DNA of 44,552 nt from Elusimicrobiales bacterium (GTDB taxonomy: Bacteria; Elusimicrobiota; Elusimicrobia; Elusimicrobiales; UBA9959): contig JBMFKQ010000005.1 of assembly GCA_049972095.1 (NCBI GenBank), positions 17,431-61,982 on the forward strand, read 5' to 3'. Below are positions 18,521-27,855 of this stretch, one piece after another. Below the pieces are notes generated by a model, which ran no database searches, had not been told where the DNA came from, and saw only the letters and a list, made by a program, of their open reading frames with translations. Positions within the stretch are counted from its first letter, which is position 1; every line of letters starts with the position of its first letter. Position numbers and translations under genes: made by a program.

Positions 18521-20073
18521 TTTCTTAGCCTATTTATCATTTCTTTTAGTGTATCAAAATCATTTCTGTGTTTTTGGTAAAATCTCTCAGGCAGGTATTT
18601 TATTCTATATGTCCAATTATGGCTGCCAACGGTATTTGGTGTATTTATTCTTTCATCAGATGATATTATGTCAGGTATATGGGTTATTACAATTCTGGAT
18701 GGTGATGATAAAAGCTTTTCATTTACATAATCCTTTATTTCTCTGTAGCTTGAAGGTATTTTTTTATCACTTCCCTTTATCATTTTTATAAACTGCCTTT
18801 TTTCTCTATCATCTATGATCTTCCACCAGGTGTTCATTGGTTCAGTATCGTGAGTTGATGTTGTCGCAAGTGAGATTGGAGGATAGTTTTTGGGATCTAT
18901 ATATTGTGTTTGCGACTCATCTTTCTCCCATCGTATTATTTTATATCCTGGAACCTCAAGCTCCTGCATAACCTTTCTAACAAATGGGGGTATAACTCCA
19001 AGATCCTCAGCTACACTAAGCATATCAGTTGACGATGTGATTGTTTTCAAAAACAATCTACCTCTTTTCTCTTGTTTTAAAGGATCAAGAATATCAAAAT
19101 TTGGCTCTCCGGAGTTTATGGGTATAACCCAGGTTCTAAAAAAGCCAACCATATGATCTATTCTGAATATATCATATAGGTTTCTAAATTTTTTAAGTTT
19201 TAATCTCCACCATTCAAAGTTGTTTGCAATCTGACTATCCCAGTTTGGTGCTGGGATACCCCATCTCTGACCTTTAGAAGAGAAAGCATCAGGCGGCGCT
19301 CCGCTTTCAAGATCAAGTCTGAAATCATATCTTCTTGACCAAACATCAGCACTTTCCTTGTTGACCATAAATGGTATATCACCAAAAAGGTGTATATTTT
19401 TGGCTTTCAGTTTATTCTTTATATCTTCAAGCTGACAGTCAATCTCCCATTGGATGTATTTAAAAAAATTTATTTCAAATTCATTTTCTTTTTTGAATTT
19501 TTCTATATCATTAGCTCTTTTTTCTTTTAGTCCTTCAGGCCATTCCTCCCACGATACAAATGAATAGATATCCTTTAATCTTCTAAATAATGCATAATCA
19601 TCAAGCCACCATGAGTTTTCCTCACAGTATTTTTCAAAGTCATATTTGACTGAAGGCTCACAATGAAAAATTTCCTTTACAAGATAGTTATACTCTTCCC
19701 ATAGTACTTCATATTTAAGTTTTTTAATCTCGCTATAATCTATGTAGTCAAGATTCTTGATGATTTTTATCCTCTGTTTGAATTCAGAAGTTTTTATCTT
19801 CCTTTCTATAGCTGGTGAAAGATGCTTAATTTTTTTAATGGACAGGTATATAGGGTCAGTTGCAAATGCTGTTAGTGATGTGTATGGACAGTTTGTGTTT
19901 GGTGGAAGCTCATTTAATGGTAGAATCTGGATTATATCAAAACCAACTTCATTAAAAAAGTCAATCCATTCTTCTAAAGATGATACATCTCCACATCCCC
20001 AGTCATCATCGCTGTAGATTGAAAAAAGGGGGAGTAAAACCCCGGTGTGTTTTTTTTTAAGAAGTCTATGCAT
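18517..20073 (-). CDS. malQ: 4-alpha-glucanotransferase (amylomaltase, GH77)
   Basis: GVLLPLFS, QILPLN, GAPPDAFS..GQRWG, catalytic RIDH, AEDLG, STHD, RINTP...NW. Confidence 0.93.
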   Translation of the reverse strand: MHRLLKKKHTGVLLPLFSIYSDDDWGCGDVSSLEEWIDFFNEVGFDIIQILPLNELPPNTNCPYTSLTAFATDPIYLSIKKIKHLSPAIERKIKTSEFKQRIKIIKNLDYIDYSEIKKLKYEVLWEEYNYLVKEIFHCEPSVKYDFEKYCEENSWWLDDYALFRRLKDIYSFVSWEEWPEGLKEKRANDIEKFKKENEFEINFFKYIQWEIDCQLEDIKNKLKAKNIHLFGDIPFMVNKESADVWSRRYDFRLDLESGAPPDAFSSKGQRWGIPAPNWDSQIANNFEWWRLKLKKFRNLYDIFRIDHMVGFFRTWVIPINSGEPNFDILDPLKQEKRGRLFLKTITSSTDMLSVAEDLGVIPPFVRKVMQELEVPGYKIIRWEKDESQTQYIDPKNYPPISLATTSTHDTEPMNTWWKIIDDREKRQFIKMIKGSDKKIPSSYREIKDYVNEKLLSSPSRIVITHIPDIISSDERINTPNTVGSHNWTYRIKYLPERFYQKHRNDFDTLKEMINRLRK

Positions 20074-20452
20074 GCTTATGCTTTTTTACAGCAATTGCCT
20101 CTATCTCAATCATTGCACCCTTAGGCAAGGCTTTAACCTCAACAGTTGTTCGCGCAGGTGGATTTGATGAGAAGAATTTTGAATATATATCGTTCATCTC
20201 ACTAAACTTTGAGAGATCTGTCATAAAAACAGTTGTTTTTACAACTGCATCAAGATTAAGACCAACTCCTTCAAGTATGTTTTTGATATTTTTTATTGCT
20301 ACCTCTGTTTGTTTGGCAATCGTTTGAGGAATCTGTGCTGATTTGTCAAGTGGAAGCTGAGCTGATACAAAAACGAAGCTTTCCGTTTCTATTGCTTGTG
20401 AGTATGGCCCTATCGCTTTTGGTGCAGATTCTACACAAACTACTTTTTTCAC
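20066..20452 (-). CDS. ridA: RidA-family reactive intermediate/imine deaminase
   Basis: [28 protein letters not shown]....IEIEA; GTG start at 20452 forms a GTGA overlap with the upstream stop. Confidence 0.92.
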   Translation of the reverse strand: MKKVVCVESAPKAIGPYSQAIETESFVFVSAQLPLDKSAQIPQTIAKQTEVAIKNIKNILEGVGLNLDAVVKTTVFMTDLSKFSEMNDIYSKFFSSNPPARTTVEVKALPKGAMIEIEAIAVKKHKHA

Positions 20453-20652
20453 CTCTTTCTCCTTTTCCAATCAGAAATAAAGTTTTCTATACTTCTATCA
20501 TATGTTTTTTCAGCTTCATTTGAAAAATAACATGCCGGAAGCTCATTATGAGACCTGTGGTAGCTTAAGCACTGACAGCATATTCCTTTTCTTGAGCATG
20601 GCTCATAACTACAGTTGCATGCCTTTTTGTTGTCTAAAATCTTGCATTCCAT
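20449..20652 (-). CDS. Small Cys-rich protein (DUF6485-like)
   Basis: [21 protein letters not shown]...LPACYF...EKTYDRS; AAGGAGG RBS. Confidence 0.8.
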   Translation of the reverse strand: MECKILDNKKACNCSYEPCSRKGICCQCLSYHRSHNELPACYFSNEAEKTYDRSIENFISDWKRRKR

Positions 20653-20703
20653 AGATTTACCCTCCTTTTTAGGAAGAGATATATTAAATAAATTATATAA
20701 TAA

Positions 20704-22530
20704 TTAGTCGTCCTCACCCTGCCAGATTTTTCCATTTTCACAGAAGCGTTTTTTAACTGTTGATGGTGAGCCGAAAAAAGGCGTTGATCTTCTTCCTTCA
20801 GTGATATCAGTATTTCCGCTTCTATAAGATGCTATGTAGTTAGCAAGATTTAGTTGAATTCGGTTACAGAGGAATCCTTCTTTCATACACATAAAGTATC
20901 TTATGCCATCTGCTGACTCAACTTTTCTAACAGAACAGGGAGGATTTTCAAGCACATCCTCAGGACAGTTTGTAGCTTTTAAAAGCCATAGATACTCTTG
21001 TTCTGTTATCTCTTCGTAGCCAAGTTTTTCAAGCTCTTTCTTTTTTAAGTTAAAATCAGATATTTTTTTGTCTACAGTAGAGGTTAATGTAGAGGATGGT
21101 GGGGTTTCATGAGGGAAAAACCAGTTCTTTGTTTTTGTTTTTTCATACTCATAATAGCATTTTAGACCTTCGTATGTAAGAAGTCCACTCTTGTCGAATA
21201 TTGGATCTGAGTTTCTGTCCTTTACTACAAATATATCTCGAGGATCAGATGCTGTTTTTTCAATCTCTTTAATAAATCTTTGTGATACATACTTTATGTA
21301 TAAGTTGTAGCCCTGATAGGTTATTCTCATATCATGATTGTTTTGAGGATTTGTCCATATTATATTTGCATAGCCTGGATATTTTTCTGAAAGATACCTT
21401 ATTGCTCCATTTCTTTCTGCAAGCTTTACTGTCATAAAAAGTTTTTTTTCAGCCGGCAGGAGCATCACTTTCTCTTTTTCAACAAAACCTCTGATTTTAA
21501 GATCATTTAAAATATCATTATCACTCATCGCAGTCATTTTCAGCTCATCTATCTTATCCTCAAGTTTTTTTGATGGTTTAATTGTATTCATCTTTGAATA
21601 TATCTCAAGCGCAGTTAAATTATCTTTACTTTTTTCAAGAGCATCAGCATATACACTAAGAAGTTCAAAATCGTGTGTATCATCTTTGACAATTTCTTTA
21701 TAATATTTAATGGCTTGTGAATAGTTTGCTGTGTGGTATAGTGAGTCTGCAATAATCCTTATTATTTCATTGTTAGGTTTTTTCACAATAGATATGTTTT
21801 TAACAATCTCATCATATCTTTTGTTTTTGTATAAAATCTTAATATAATCAACATAAACAGACTGTGTATGTTGTTTTCTCATCTTCATACACCCTTTAAT
21901 CTTTTCAAGTGCTATTACTGGGTCTTTCTCAGTTTGGTAAGAGGATATACATTTAATATAGCTATCTTTTTCTTCCTTGCTTTTCCTTTTCTTCAATGCT
22001 TCATTTAGTTTTCCTATCCTGTTTTCTATAAATGTTTTTTTGCCTATTATAAAATTCTCATTTGAGCTTTTAAGTATATCCAGTGCTTTTGTATAGTATC
22101 TAATAGCCTTGTCAGGATCAGTAGCTTCAAATATTTCAGCAGCTTTAAGATTAGCATGAAAGTTTTGAGAGTCAATGCTAATGGCAAATTCAATCTCAGT
22201 TTTTGCAAGATCTTTTCTTTTTTTTGAAAGATATATATCCGCAAACTCAATATGAGGATAAACAGAGAATGGATTTTTTACCTTTGCCTTTGAGCAGGAT
22301 ATGATGGCAAGATCTGTCTTTGCATTGAGATTATTTATTCTGCATAAACACAGATAACCTACAAACTTATCCTCAGCAGCAAGTTTTGAGCATTGTGATA
22401 CAAGATTATTTGTTATATCTGATTTTTCCTCAATTGAAACTATGCACGATATATTCTCCTCATCGCTTTTATTTGTATCCACGCATCCCCATAAAGTCTT
22501 AAAGCTTAACAGAAGTAATAGAATCATCAT
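20704..22530 (-). CDS. Exported TPR-repeat protein with unassigned Cys-rich C-terminal domain (possible lipoprotein)
   Basis: Hydrophobic N-terminus ending LWGC; TPR-like helices (KAIRYYTKAL, ADSLYHTANYSQAIKYYKE). Confidence 0.75.
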   Translation of the reverse strand: MMILLLLLSFKTLWGCVDTNKSDEENISCIVSIEEKSDITNNLVSQCSKLAAEDKFVGYLCLCRINNLNAKTDLAIISCSKAKVKNPFSVYPHIEFADIYLSKKRKDLAKTEIEFAISIDSQNFHANLKAAEIFEATDPDKAIRYYTKALDILKSSNENFIIGKKTFIENRIGKLNEALKKRKSKEEKDSYIKCISSYQTEKDPVIALEKIKGCMKMRKQHTQSVYVDYIKILYKNKRYDEIVKNISIVKKPNNEIIRIIADSLYHTANYSQAIKYYKEIVKDDTHDFELLSVYADALEKSKDNLTALEIYSKMNTIKPSKKLEDKIDELKMTAMSDNDILNDLKIRGFVEKEKVMLLPAEKKLFMTVKLAERNGAIRYLSEKYPGYANIIWTNPQNNHDMRITYQGYNLYIKYVSQRFIKEIEKTASDPRDIFVVKDRNSDPIFDKSGLLTYEGLKCYYEYEKTKTKNWFFPHETPPSSTLTSTVDKKISDFNLKKKELEKLGYEEITEQEYLWLLKATNCPEDVLENPPCSVRKVESADGIRYFMCMKEGFLCNRIQLNLANYIASYRSGNTDITEGRRSTPFFGSPSTVKKRFCENGKIWQGEDD

Positions 22531-22531
22531 A

Positions 22532-23095
22532 TCATTTTGATCTTATAACCTTAGGCAAGGTCACACCCTTTTGCGCCTGGTATTTCCCTTTTCTATCTTT
22601 ATATGATATTTCACATATCTCATCTGATTCGAGGAATATAAGCTGTGCTATACCTTCATAAGAGTATATCTTAGCAGGTATGGGGGTTGTGTTTGATATC
22701 TCAATCGTGAGGTGCCCTTCCCATTCTGGTTCAAGTGGGGTTATATTGACAACAATTCCACATCTTGCGTAAGTACTTTTCCCTATGCAAAGTCCCATAA
22801 CACCTCTTGGTATTTTAAAATACTCTACAGATCTTGCAAGAGCAAAGGAGTTGGGCGGTATTATACAGTAAGGGGCTTTTATGTCAATGAATGCTTTTGG
22901 AGAAAAGTTTTTAGGATCTACAACAGTGTTATAAACATCAGTAAATATCTTATACTCATCTGAAACCCTTATATCATATCCATAGGATGAAAGACCATAA
23001 GATATCTTCCCCTTTGTTATTAGATTTTCAACAAAAGGGGTTATCATTTTATACCTTAAACACATCTTTTTTATCCACCTATCTGATTTAAGCAT
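22532..23095 (-). CDS. dcd: dCTP deaminase
   Basis: [36 protein letters not shown]. Confidence 0.95.
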   Translation of the reverse strand: MLKSDRWIKKMCLRYKMITPFVENLITKGKISYGLSSYGYDIRVSDEYKIFTDVYNTVVDPKNFSPKAFIDIKAPYCIIPPNSFALARSVEYFKIPRGVMGLCIGKSTYARCGIVVNITPLEPEWEGHLTIEISNTTPIPAKIYSYEGIAQLIFLESDEICEISYKDRKGKYQAQKGVTLPKVIRSK

Positions 23096-23117
23096 CCCTC
23101 CTCCTATTAACTAAACT

Positions 23118-23903
23118 CTAATAGATCTCCCTTAAGCTTGTTAGGAATGCCTTTAGTTTCTTATACTTAGATATTTTATGATTTTTTTCAAGGTTATTAA
23201 AATTAAGCTCATAAAGCATCTCTCTGTATAGGTTTTTCATAAGGGAAGGGACGAAAAGCTCTTTTGTTTTATTTTTTGCAAAAAGTTCGTCTGATTTAGT
23301 ATAGTATGATATTGCAATATCTTTCTCAAAATCAAAAAGCTCCTTAAAACCCATGGACTCTAAGGATATTCTATGGCTTTTTAAAAAATGCATTCTATGT
23401 TCAAGGGGAATGTATATTTTATTTGATTCTAAATCCTCCTTTATATCTCTAAGTATATTCGTCATCTGGACAGCATAACCGGTGAGTGTTGCAATTTCTT
23501 GAGCATCTTTACCTTTATAATCTACAATTTTAAGGATGATCTCACCAACAGTCCCTGCAACACAATACATATAATCCTCAAGCTCATGGAGGGTTTTTAT
23601 ATCAATGTTCTGTGTGTCTTTTTCAAGTCCTCTTAAAAGCTCTATAAATGTGTGTTGTGGAATTTTATATTCATCTATAACCTCTTTCAACTGTTTTAAA
23701 AGAAGATCATCAACTGCCCTGCCAAGGTATAGATCTGATATTTTATGCCTTAATTCATCTATATAGTTTTTGTTTTTTTTAATATCTACACAATCATCTG
23801 CATTTCTCATAAAAGAGTATATAATTGAAAGAGCATATCTCTTTTTTGAATTTAAAAATAAAAAAGCCGCAGCAAAATTTGATTTTTTGAAATCTTTATT
23901 CAT
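23118..23903 (-). CDS. Squalene/phytoene synthase family protein (HpnD/CrtB-like)
   Basis: SNF..AFLFL, first motif R.ADDCVD, YMYCVAGTVG, second motif QMTNILRDIKED, IYIP. Confidence 0.88.
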   Translation of the reverse strand: MNKDFKKSNFAAAFLFLNSKKRYALSIIYSFMRNADDCVDIKKNKNYIDELRHKISDLYLGRAVDDLLLKQLKEVIDEYKIPQHTFIELLRGLEKDTQNIDIKTLHELEDYMYCVAGTVGEIILKIVDYKGKDAQEIATLTGYAVQMTNILRDIKEDLESNKIYIPLEHRMHFLKSHRISLESMGFKELFDFEKDIAISYYTKSDELFAKNKTKELFVPSLMKNLYREMLYELNFNNLEKNHKISKYKKLKAFLTSLREIY

Positions 23904-24004
23904 CAGTAATATTTTATTAATTTTTTATCTTGTCTTATTTATGCTTGAAGAGATAATAAAAGTTTGTGTAGGTTTAGCTTGCTGTAGAGACACCTCAATT
24001 ATTC

Positions 24005-24976
24005 TTATTGACTTACAGAGTTTATCACTTTATCTTGCTCATATGCCATAAGTTTAAGTGCTAGTATTCTCTTCTCCATAGGTGGATGTGTTGCAAAAAG
24101 ATCAGCAAGAAAACCTGTTTTTTCTTCAATAAGGCTTCCACGGGGATCTGTTATGCAGAGATATGAAACCGAGTCTTTAATTGCTCTTGTTGGCTGAACA
24201 GCCTTTCTTATCTTTTCAAGCGCTGATATAAGTGCCTTTGGGTTTCTTGTAAGCTCTGCTGAGCCTGCATCTGCAAGATACTCTCTTTTTCTTGATATTG
24301 CCATTGCAAGAATGCGTGATATTATAGGTGATATTATGAGAAGTATTATCCATATGAGAAAAATGATACCCCCACTTCTATCTCTGCTTCTTGATGATGA
24401 AGATCTATTTCTATTAGTTCTTACAGTGAAATCTGATATAAGTGCAACTGTATTCATAAGAACAACAATAAGTGTCATTAATTTTATATCATGAAATCTT
24501 ATATGACTCATCTCATGTCCTATTACAGCCTGAAGCTCCTGGCGATTTAATTCTTTTAAAAGTCCTTCGGTTACAAATATATAAGAATTTTGTGGGCTAA
24601 ACCCTGTTGCAAACGCATTGAGATCTCTGTCTGGTATTATATAGACTTTAGGTTTTGGTATCCCTGCAGCAATTGACATCTCTTCAACAACATTTAGAAG
24701 CTGTCTTTCCGTTAGAGTTTCATAAGGGGATCTTGCTCCTGTTGACTTTACTATCATATCTATTCCGTTTGAGAATGCGTTTATGACGAGAAGTGTTGAC
24801 AGGATAAGGGATACTATAGTGCCGTATGGTATGAATGTTTTTTCAGTTTGATAGTAGTAATCTTGTAAATAGAAATAGTCAAACCCAAAGCCTATAAAAA
24901 GAAAGAAGGCAAAAAAGATGATCAATATCAGATATGTAAGGCGTCTATTTTTTGCCTGCTGCTCATATATATTCAT
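24005..24976 (-). CDS. htpX: M48 family membrane zinc metalloprotease (HtpX-like)
   Basis: NAFATG, HEMSH zinc motif, SRKREYLAD, THPP; TM segments; follows lemA. Confidence 0.9.
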   Translation of the reverse strand: MNIYEQQAKNRRLTYLILIIFFAFFLFIGFGFDYFYLQDYYYQTEKTFIPYGTIVSLILSTLLVINAFSNGIDMIVKSTGARSPYETLTERQLLNVVEEMSIAAGIPKPKVYIIPDRDLNAFATGFSPQNSYIFVTEGLLKELNRQELQAVIGHEMSHIRFHDIKLMTLIVVLMNTVALISDFTVRTNRNRSSSSRSRDRSGGIIFLIWIILLIISPIISRILAMAISRKREYLADAGSAELTRNPKALISALEKIRKAVQPTRAIKDSVSYLCITDPRGSLIEEKTGFLADLFATHPPMEKRILALKLMAYEQDKVINSVSQ

Positions 24977-24991
24977 CGAGTTTGAAAGTGC

Positions 24992-25558
24992 TTATTTAAT
25001 TGATAAATCAACCTGTGGAACTTCTTTTTCCACTGACTCCTTTGGAAGCTCAAAAAGTTCAAACTCTTTAAACCCAAGCATAGATGCTATAAGATTGTTT
25101 GGAAATATCTGAATTTTAATATTGAATTTTGTTGTTATATCATTATAGAACTGTCTTGCAAATGATATCTTGTTTTCAGTTGCTGTAAGCTCTTCCATAA
25201 GCTGTGAGACCTGTTTATCTGACTTAAGCTGAGGATATGATTCTTGCAATGCAAAAAGCCTTCCAAGGGCCTGTGTTATGATATTTTCCTGAGCAAAACC
25301 CTCTTTTATATTTCCTACTTGAAAGGCATTTATTGCCTTAGCTCTTGCTTCTATAACCTTTGTAAGTGTTTCTTGTTCAAATCTCATTATACCTTTTACT
25401 GCATTTACGAGGTTTGGTATAAGGTCATGCCTTCTTTTGAGCTGTATATCTATTTGAGTAAATGCGTTTCTTACCTGATTTCTAAGTGCCACAAGCGAAT
25501 TAAATGTCCAGATAAGCCATAGGATTACAAGCGCTGTTATTATTGCTAAAAATGTCAT
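24992..25558 (-). CDS. lemA: LemA family protein
   Basis: N-terminal TM, QLKRRHDLIPNLV, ESYPQLK, ENKISFARQFYN, FPNNLIA; AGGAGG RBS. Confidence 0.95.
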   Translation of the reverse strand: MTFLAIITALVILWLIWTFNSLVALRNQVRNAFTQIDIQLKRRHDLIPNLVNAVKGIMRFEQETLTKVIEARAKAINAFQVGNIKEGFAQENIITQALGRLFALQESYPQLKSDKQVSQLMEELTATENKISFARQFYNDITTKFNIKIQIFPNNLIASMLGFKEFELFELPKESVEKEVPQVDLSIK

Positions 25559-25589
25559 AACACCTCCTACTGAAATAATTATACATTAT

Positions 25590-26627
25590 TCAAACCGTCA
25601 TTATCTCACAACCATCCTTTCTCACACACACTGTATCCTCAATCCTAACTCCAAATTTTCCATACAGATATATCCCAGGCTCAATTGTAATGGTCATTCC
25701 TTGAAGCAGTTTTATGGATGTTTTTGGATTCAGTGTTGGATCTTCATGTATATCGAGCCCTACGCCGTGTCCTGTGCCGTGTATGAAGTATTGTCCATAC
25801 CCATGCTCAGATATTGTTTGTCTGCATATTTTATCTATCTCATCTGATAAAACGCCCTCTTTGACAGCCTCTATCCCTTTTTTCTGTGCAAGCTCAACAG
25901 TTTTATAAACCTTTAAAAACTCCTCTGTTGGTTTGCCATAAAAAAATGTTCTTGTCATATCAGAGCAGTATCTGTGGTATATGCAGCCAAAATCTATGAG
26001 GACAGCTTCGTTTCTTCTTAGTTTTCTTTCTGATGTTTCGTGATGGGGAAGTGCAGAGTTTTCTCCAAATGCAACAATTGTATCAAATGATCTCGTTGAT
26101 GCTCCCATTTTCATCATCAGATATTCAAGCTCCCTTGCTATCTCTATTTCCTTTACACCAACCTTTATTTTGGGTTTTATAGCTTTATATGCTTTTGATA
26201 CTATCTTACATGCCTTTCTTACGCTTTCAAGCTCTTCTCCTTTTTTTATCATCCTAAATTCTTTTAAAAAACCAGAAAAGTTTTTAAATCTCATCTTCTT
26301 AAATCTTTTTGCTTCATCATAAAGTGTTATAGATCCATCAAAATACACATCTGTTATTTTAACATCTGATACTTTCTTGGATATACAATCGTAGGGATTT
26401 TCGTATATATAAACCTTTGCCCAGTTGCATATCTGCATGAAGTGTTCATAAAACATCTTTGGAAGAAAAACAAAAACATCCTTCTGGGTTAAAAGGAGAA
26501 ATGTTCTATCCTGATAAAAACCTGTGAGGTAAAATACCTCCCTTGGGGTTGAAAAGATTATAGCCTGCTTTTTCTCCTTTTTTAATTTTTTTTGCAAATC
26601 TTGTGTTCTTTCAAAATGTATATTCAT
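25590..26627 (-). CDS. Xaa-Pro peptidase (M24B, aminopeptidase P/prolidase)
   Basis: PHH, DFG, SDMTRT, HGTGHGVGLDIHE, EPGIY, GVRIED; ATG 26627 has a GGGGGAG RBS (track start 26654). Confidence 0.93.
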   Translation of the reverse strand: MNIHFERTQDLQKKLKKEKKQAIIFSTPREVFYLTGFYQDRTFLLLTQKDVFVFLPKMFYEHFMQICNWAKVYIYENPYDCISKKVSDVKITDVYFDGSITLYDEAKRFKKMRFKNFSGFLKEFRMIKKGEELESVRKACKIVSKAYKAIKPKIKVGVKEIEIARELEYLMMKMGASTRSFDTIVAFGENSALPHHETSERKLRRNEAVLIDFGCIYHRYCSDMTRTFFYGKPTEEFLKVYKTVELAQKKGIEAVKEGVLSDEIDKICRQTISEHGYGQYFIHGTGHGVGLDIHEDPTLNPKTSIKLLQGMTITIEPGIYLYGKFGVRIEDTVCVRKDGCEIMTV

Positions 26628-26750
26628 TGCTCCCCCTGTAAGATCTCCATACATTTTGGACTTTTCTGGTGTTAATTCTTAATTCTCTATCTTCCCCTTT
26701 ATCAAATATTCCATCAGTGGTATCTCTATGCTCTTATAACGCCTCTTTTT

Positions 26751-26759
26751 ATTATACCA
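26751..26759 (-). promoter_or_regulatory. Extended -10 promoter for the Xaa-Pro peptidase
   Basis: Minus strand TGGTATAAT is a perfect TGnTATAAT. Confidence 0.5.
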
Positions 26760-26776
26760 TATAAATCAGTGAAGAA

Positions 26777-26812
26777 ATGTGAAAAGTGAGATGTAAAAAG
26801 TGAATTTGGAAT
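26777..26812. repeat. Short tandem heptamer / 14-mer direct repeat
   Basis: ATGTGAAAAGTGAG followed by ATGTAAAAAGTGAA; heptamers TGTGAAA-AGTGAGA-TGTAAAA-AGTGAAT-TTGGAAT. Confidence 0.5.
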
Positions 26813-26988
26813 GATATTTTAAATTATGGATTATAGTGTTACTAAATCTATCTGAAAGCAAATCCTGCTCCTAATCGGTTTTGAATCTTTAACTTACCTC
26901 CAGACATATCTAAAAGTCTATTATGCATTTATGCATTTGATTCATATTTAAAAACCCCGGTTAGGTTTTTTTGTATAATAATAGTTAT

Positions 26989-27059
26989 GCGGGCGTAGTT
27001 CAATGGTAGAACGAGACCTTGCCAAGGTCAAGACGTGGGTTCGATTCCCATCGCCCGCT
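26989..27059 (+). tRNA. tRNA-Gly (GCC), CCA not encoded
   Basis: Acceptor GCGGGCG/CGCCCGC, D arm GTTC-AATGGTA-GAAC, anticodon loop TTGCCAA, T arm GTGGG-TTCGATT-CCCAT, discriminator T; TATAAT at 26974-26979. Confidence 0.96.
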
Positions 27060-27069
27060 TTTTATGAAG

Positions 27070-27855
27070 TTAAGAATCGTTTTTCACCTTGATAATCTCA
27101 GCAAAATAGTTTGATATCTCAAGCAGCTTAGCGGGTGAAAGATTCTCAGCTCTTATGTTTAAATCCAAGCCTAATCCGGATAAAATTTGTGCTATATCAT
27201 TCTTGCTTTTTGAAAGGGATATTGAAAGAGAATTCACAAGGTTCTTTCTTCTATAGCTAAAAGCAGATGATATGAATCTACGATAGATCTTAAAGGCTTC
27301 ATCAGAGATTTTTTCTTTTTTAGATTTTATCAAAACAACAGCTGACTCAACATCAGGAACAGGCTCAAAGTTGTATCTTGATACATCAAAGAGGTATTTG
27401 GTTTGCGCTCTTATGTTTATAAGCGCTGAAAGGTATCCATATTCTTTGTCTGTATGTGATGAGACAATCTTTTTTGCAACCTCTTTTTGAAACATAAAAA
27501 CTGCTGCTTCAAAGTTTTTAAGTTCCATTATCTTTTCAAGAATTGCTGTTGATATGTGATATGGAAGATTTCCGCAGAAATATCTCTGCTTTATTTCAGA
27601 AGGGTTGAGTTTGAGAAAATCTGAGTTTATTATTCTTATGCCATCAAACCTATCAAGCAGTATCTTTATCATATTCGCATCTATCTCAACAGCAGTGTAG
27701 AGATTTTTGTATTTAGGGTAGAGAAATTGAGTTAGTATTCCTTTGCCTGGACCTATTTCCATAATCTCATTATCGCCTGCAATTTTTTCAAAATGTAGGC
27801 AGATCCTTTCTGCTATTCGTTGATTTTTAAGAAATACTTGACTATATTTTCTCAT
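27070..27855 (-). CDS. rsmA: 16S rRNA A1518/A1519 dimethyltransferase
   Basis: SQVFL, EIGPGKG, VEID, GNLPYHIST, QKEVA, FEPVPDVES, RAENLS. Confidence 0.95.
   Translation of the reverse strand: MRKYSQVFLKNQRIAERICLHFEKIAGDNEIMEIGPGKGILTQFLYPKYKNLYTAVEIDANMIKILLDRFDGIRIINSDFLKLNPSEIKQRYFCGNLPYHISTAILEKIMELKNFEAAVFMFQKEVAKKIVSSHTDKEYGYLSALINIRAQTKYLFDVSRYNFEPVPDVESAVVLIKSKKEKISDEAFKIYRRFISSAFSYRRKNLVNSLSISLSKSKNDIAQILSGLGLDLNIRAENLSPAKLLEISNYFAEIIKVKNDS

Noticed and set aside
26690..26745. Superficial resemblance of the peptidase leader to a glmS ribozyme
   Set aside because: Lacks the AGCGCC and GACGAGG core, pairing is poor, and the downstream gene is not glmS
26766..26861. 31-codon TTG-start ORF on the minus strand with AGGAG upstream
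   Set aside because: Runs through the heptamer repeats, has no recognisable motif, and such lengths occur by chance
26921..26972. TTATGCAT twice and AAAAACC-N7-GGTTTTT inverted repeat before the tRNA
   Set aside because: The stem has only two GC pairs and no upstream gene to terminate; too short to call an operator
27030..27070. tRNA 3' end as an integration site
   Set aside because: No integrase, no duplicated tRNA 3' end seen, and housekeeping genes on both sides
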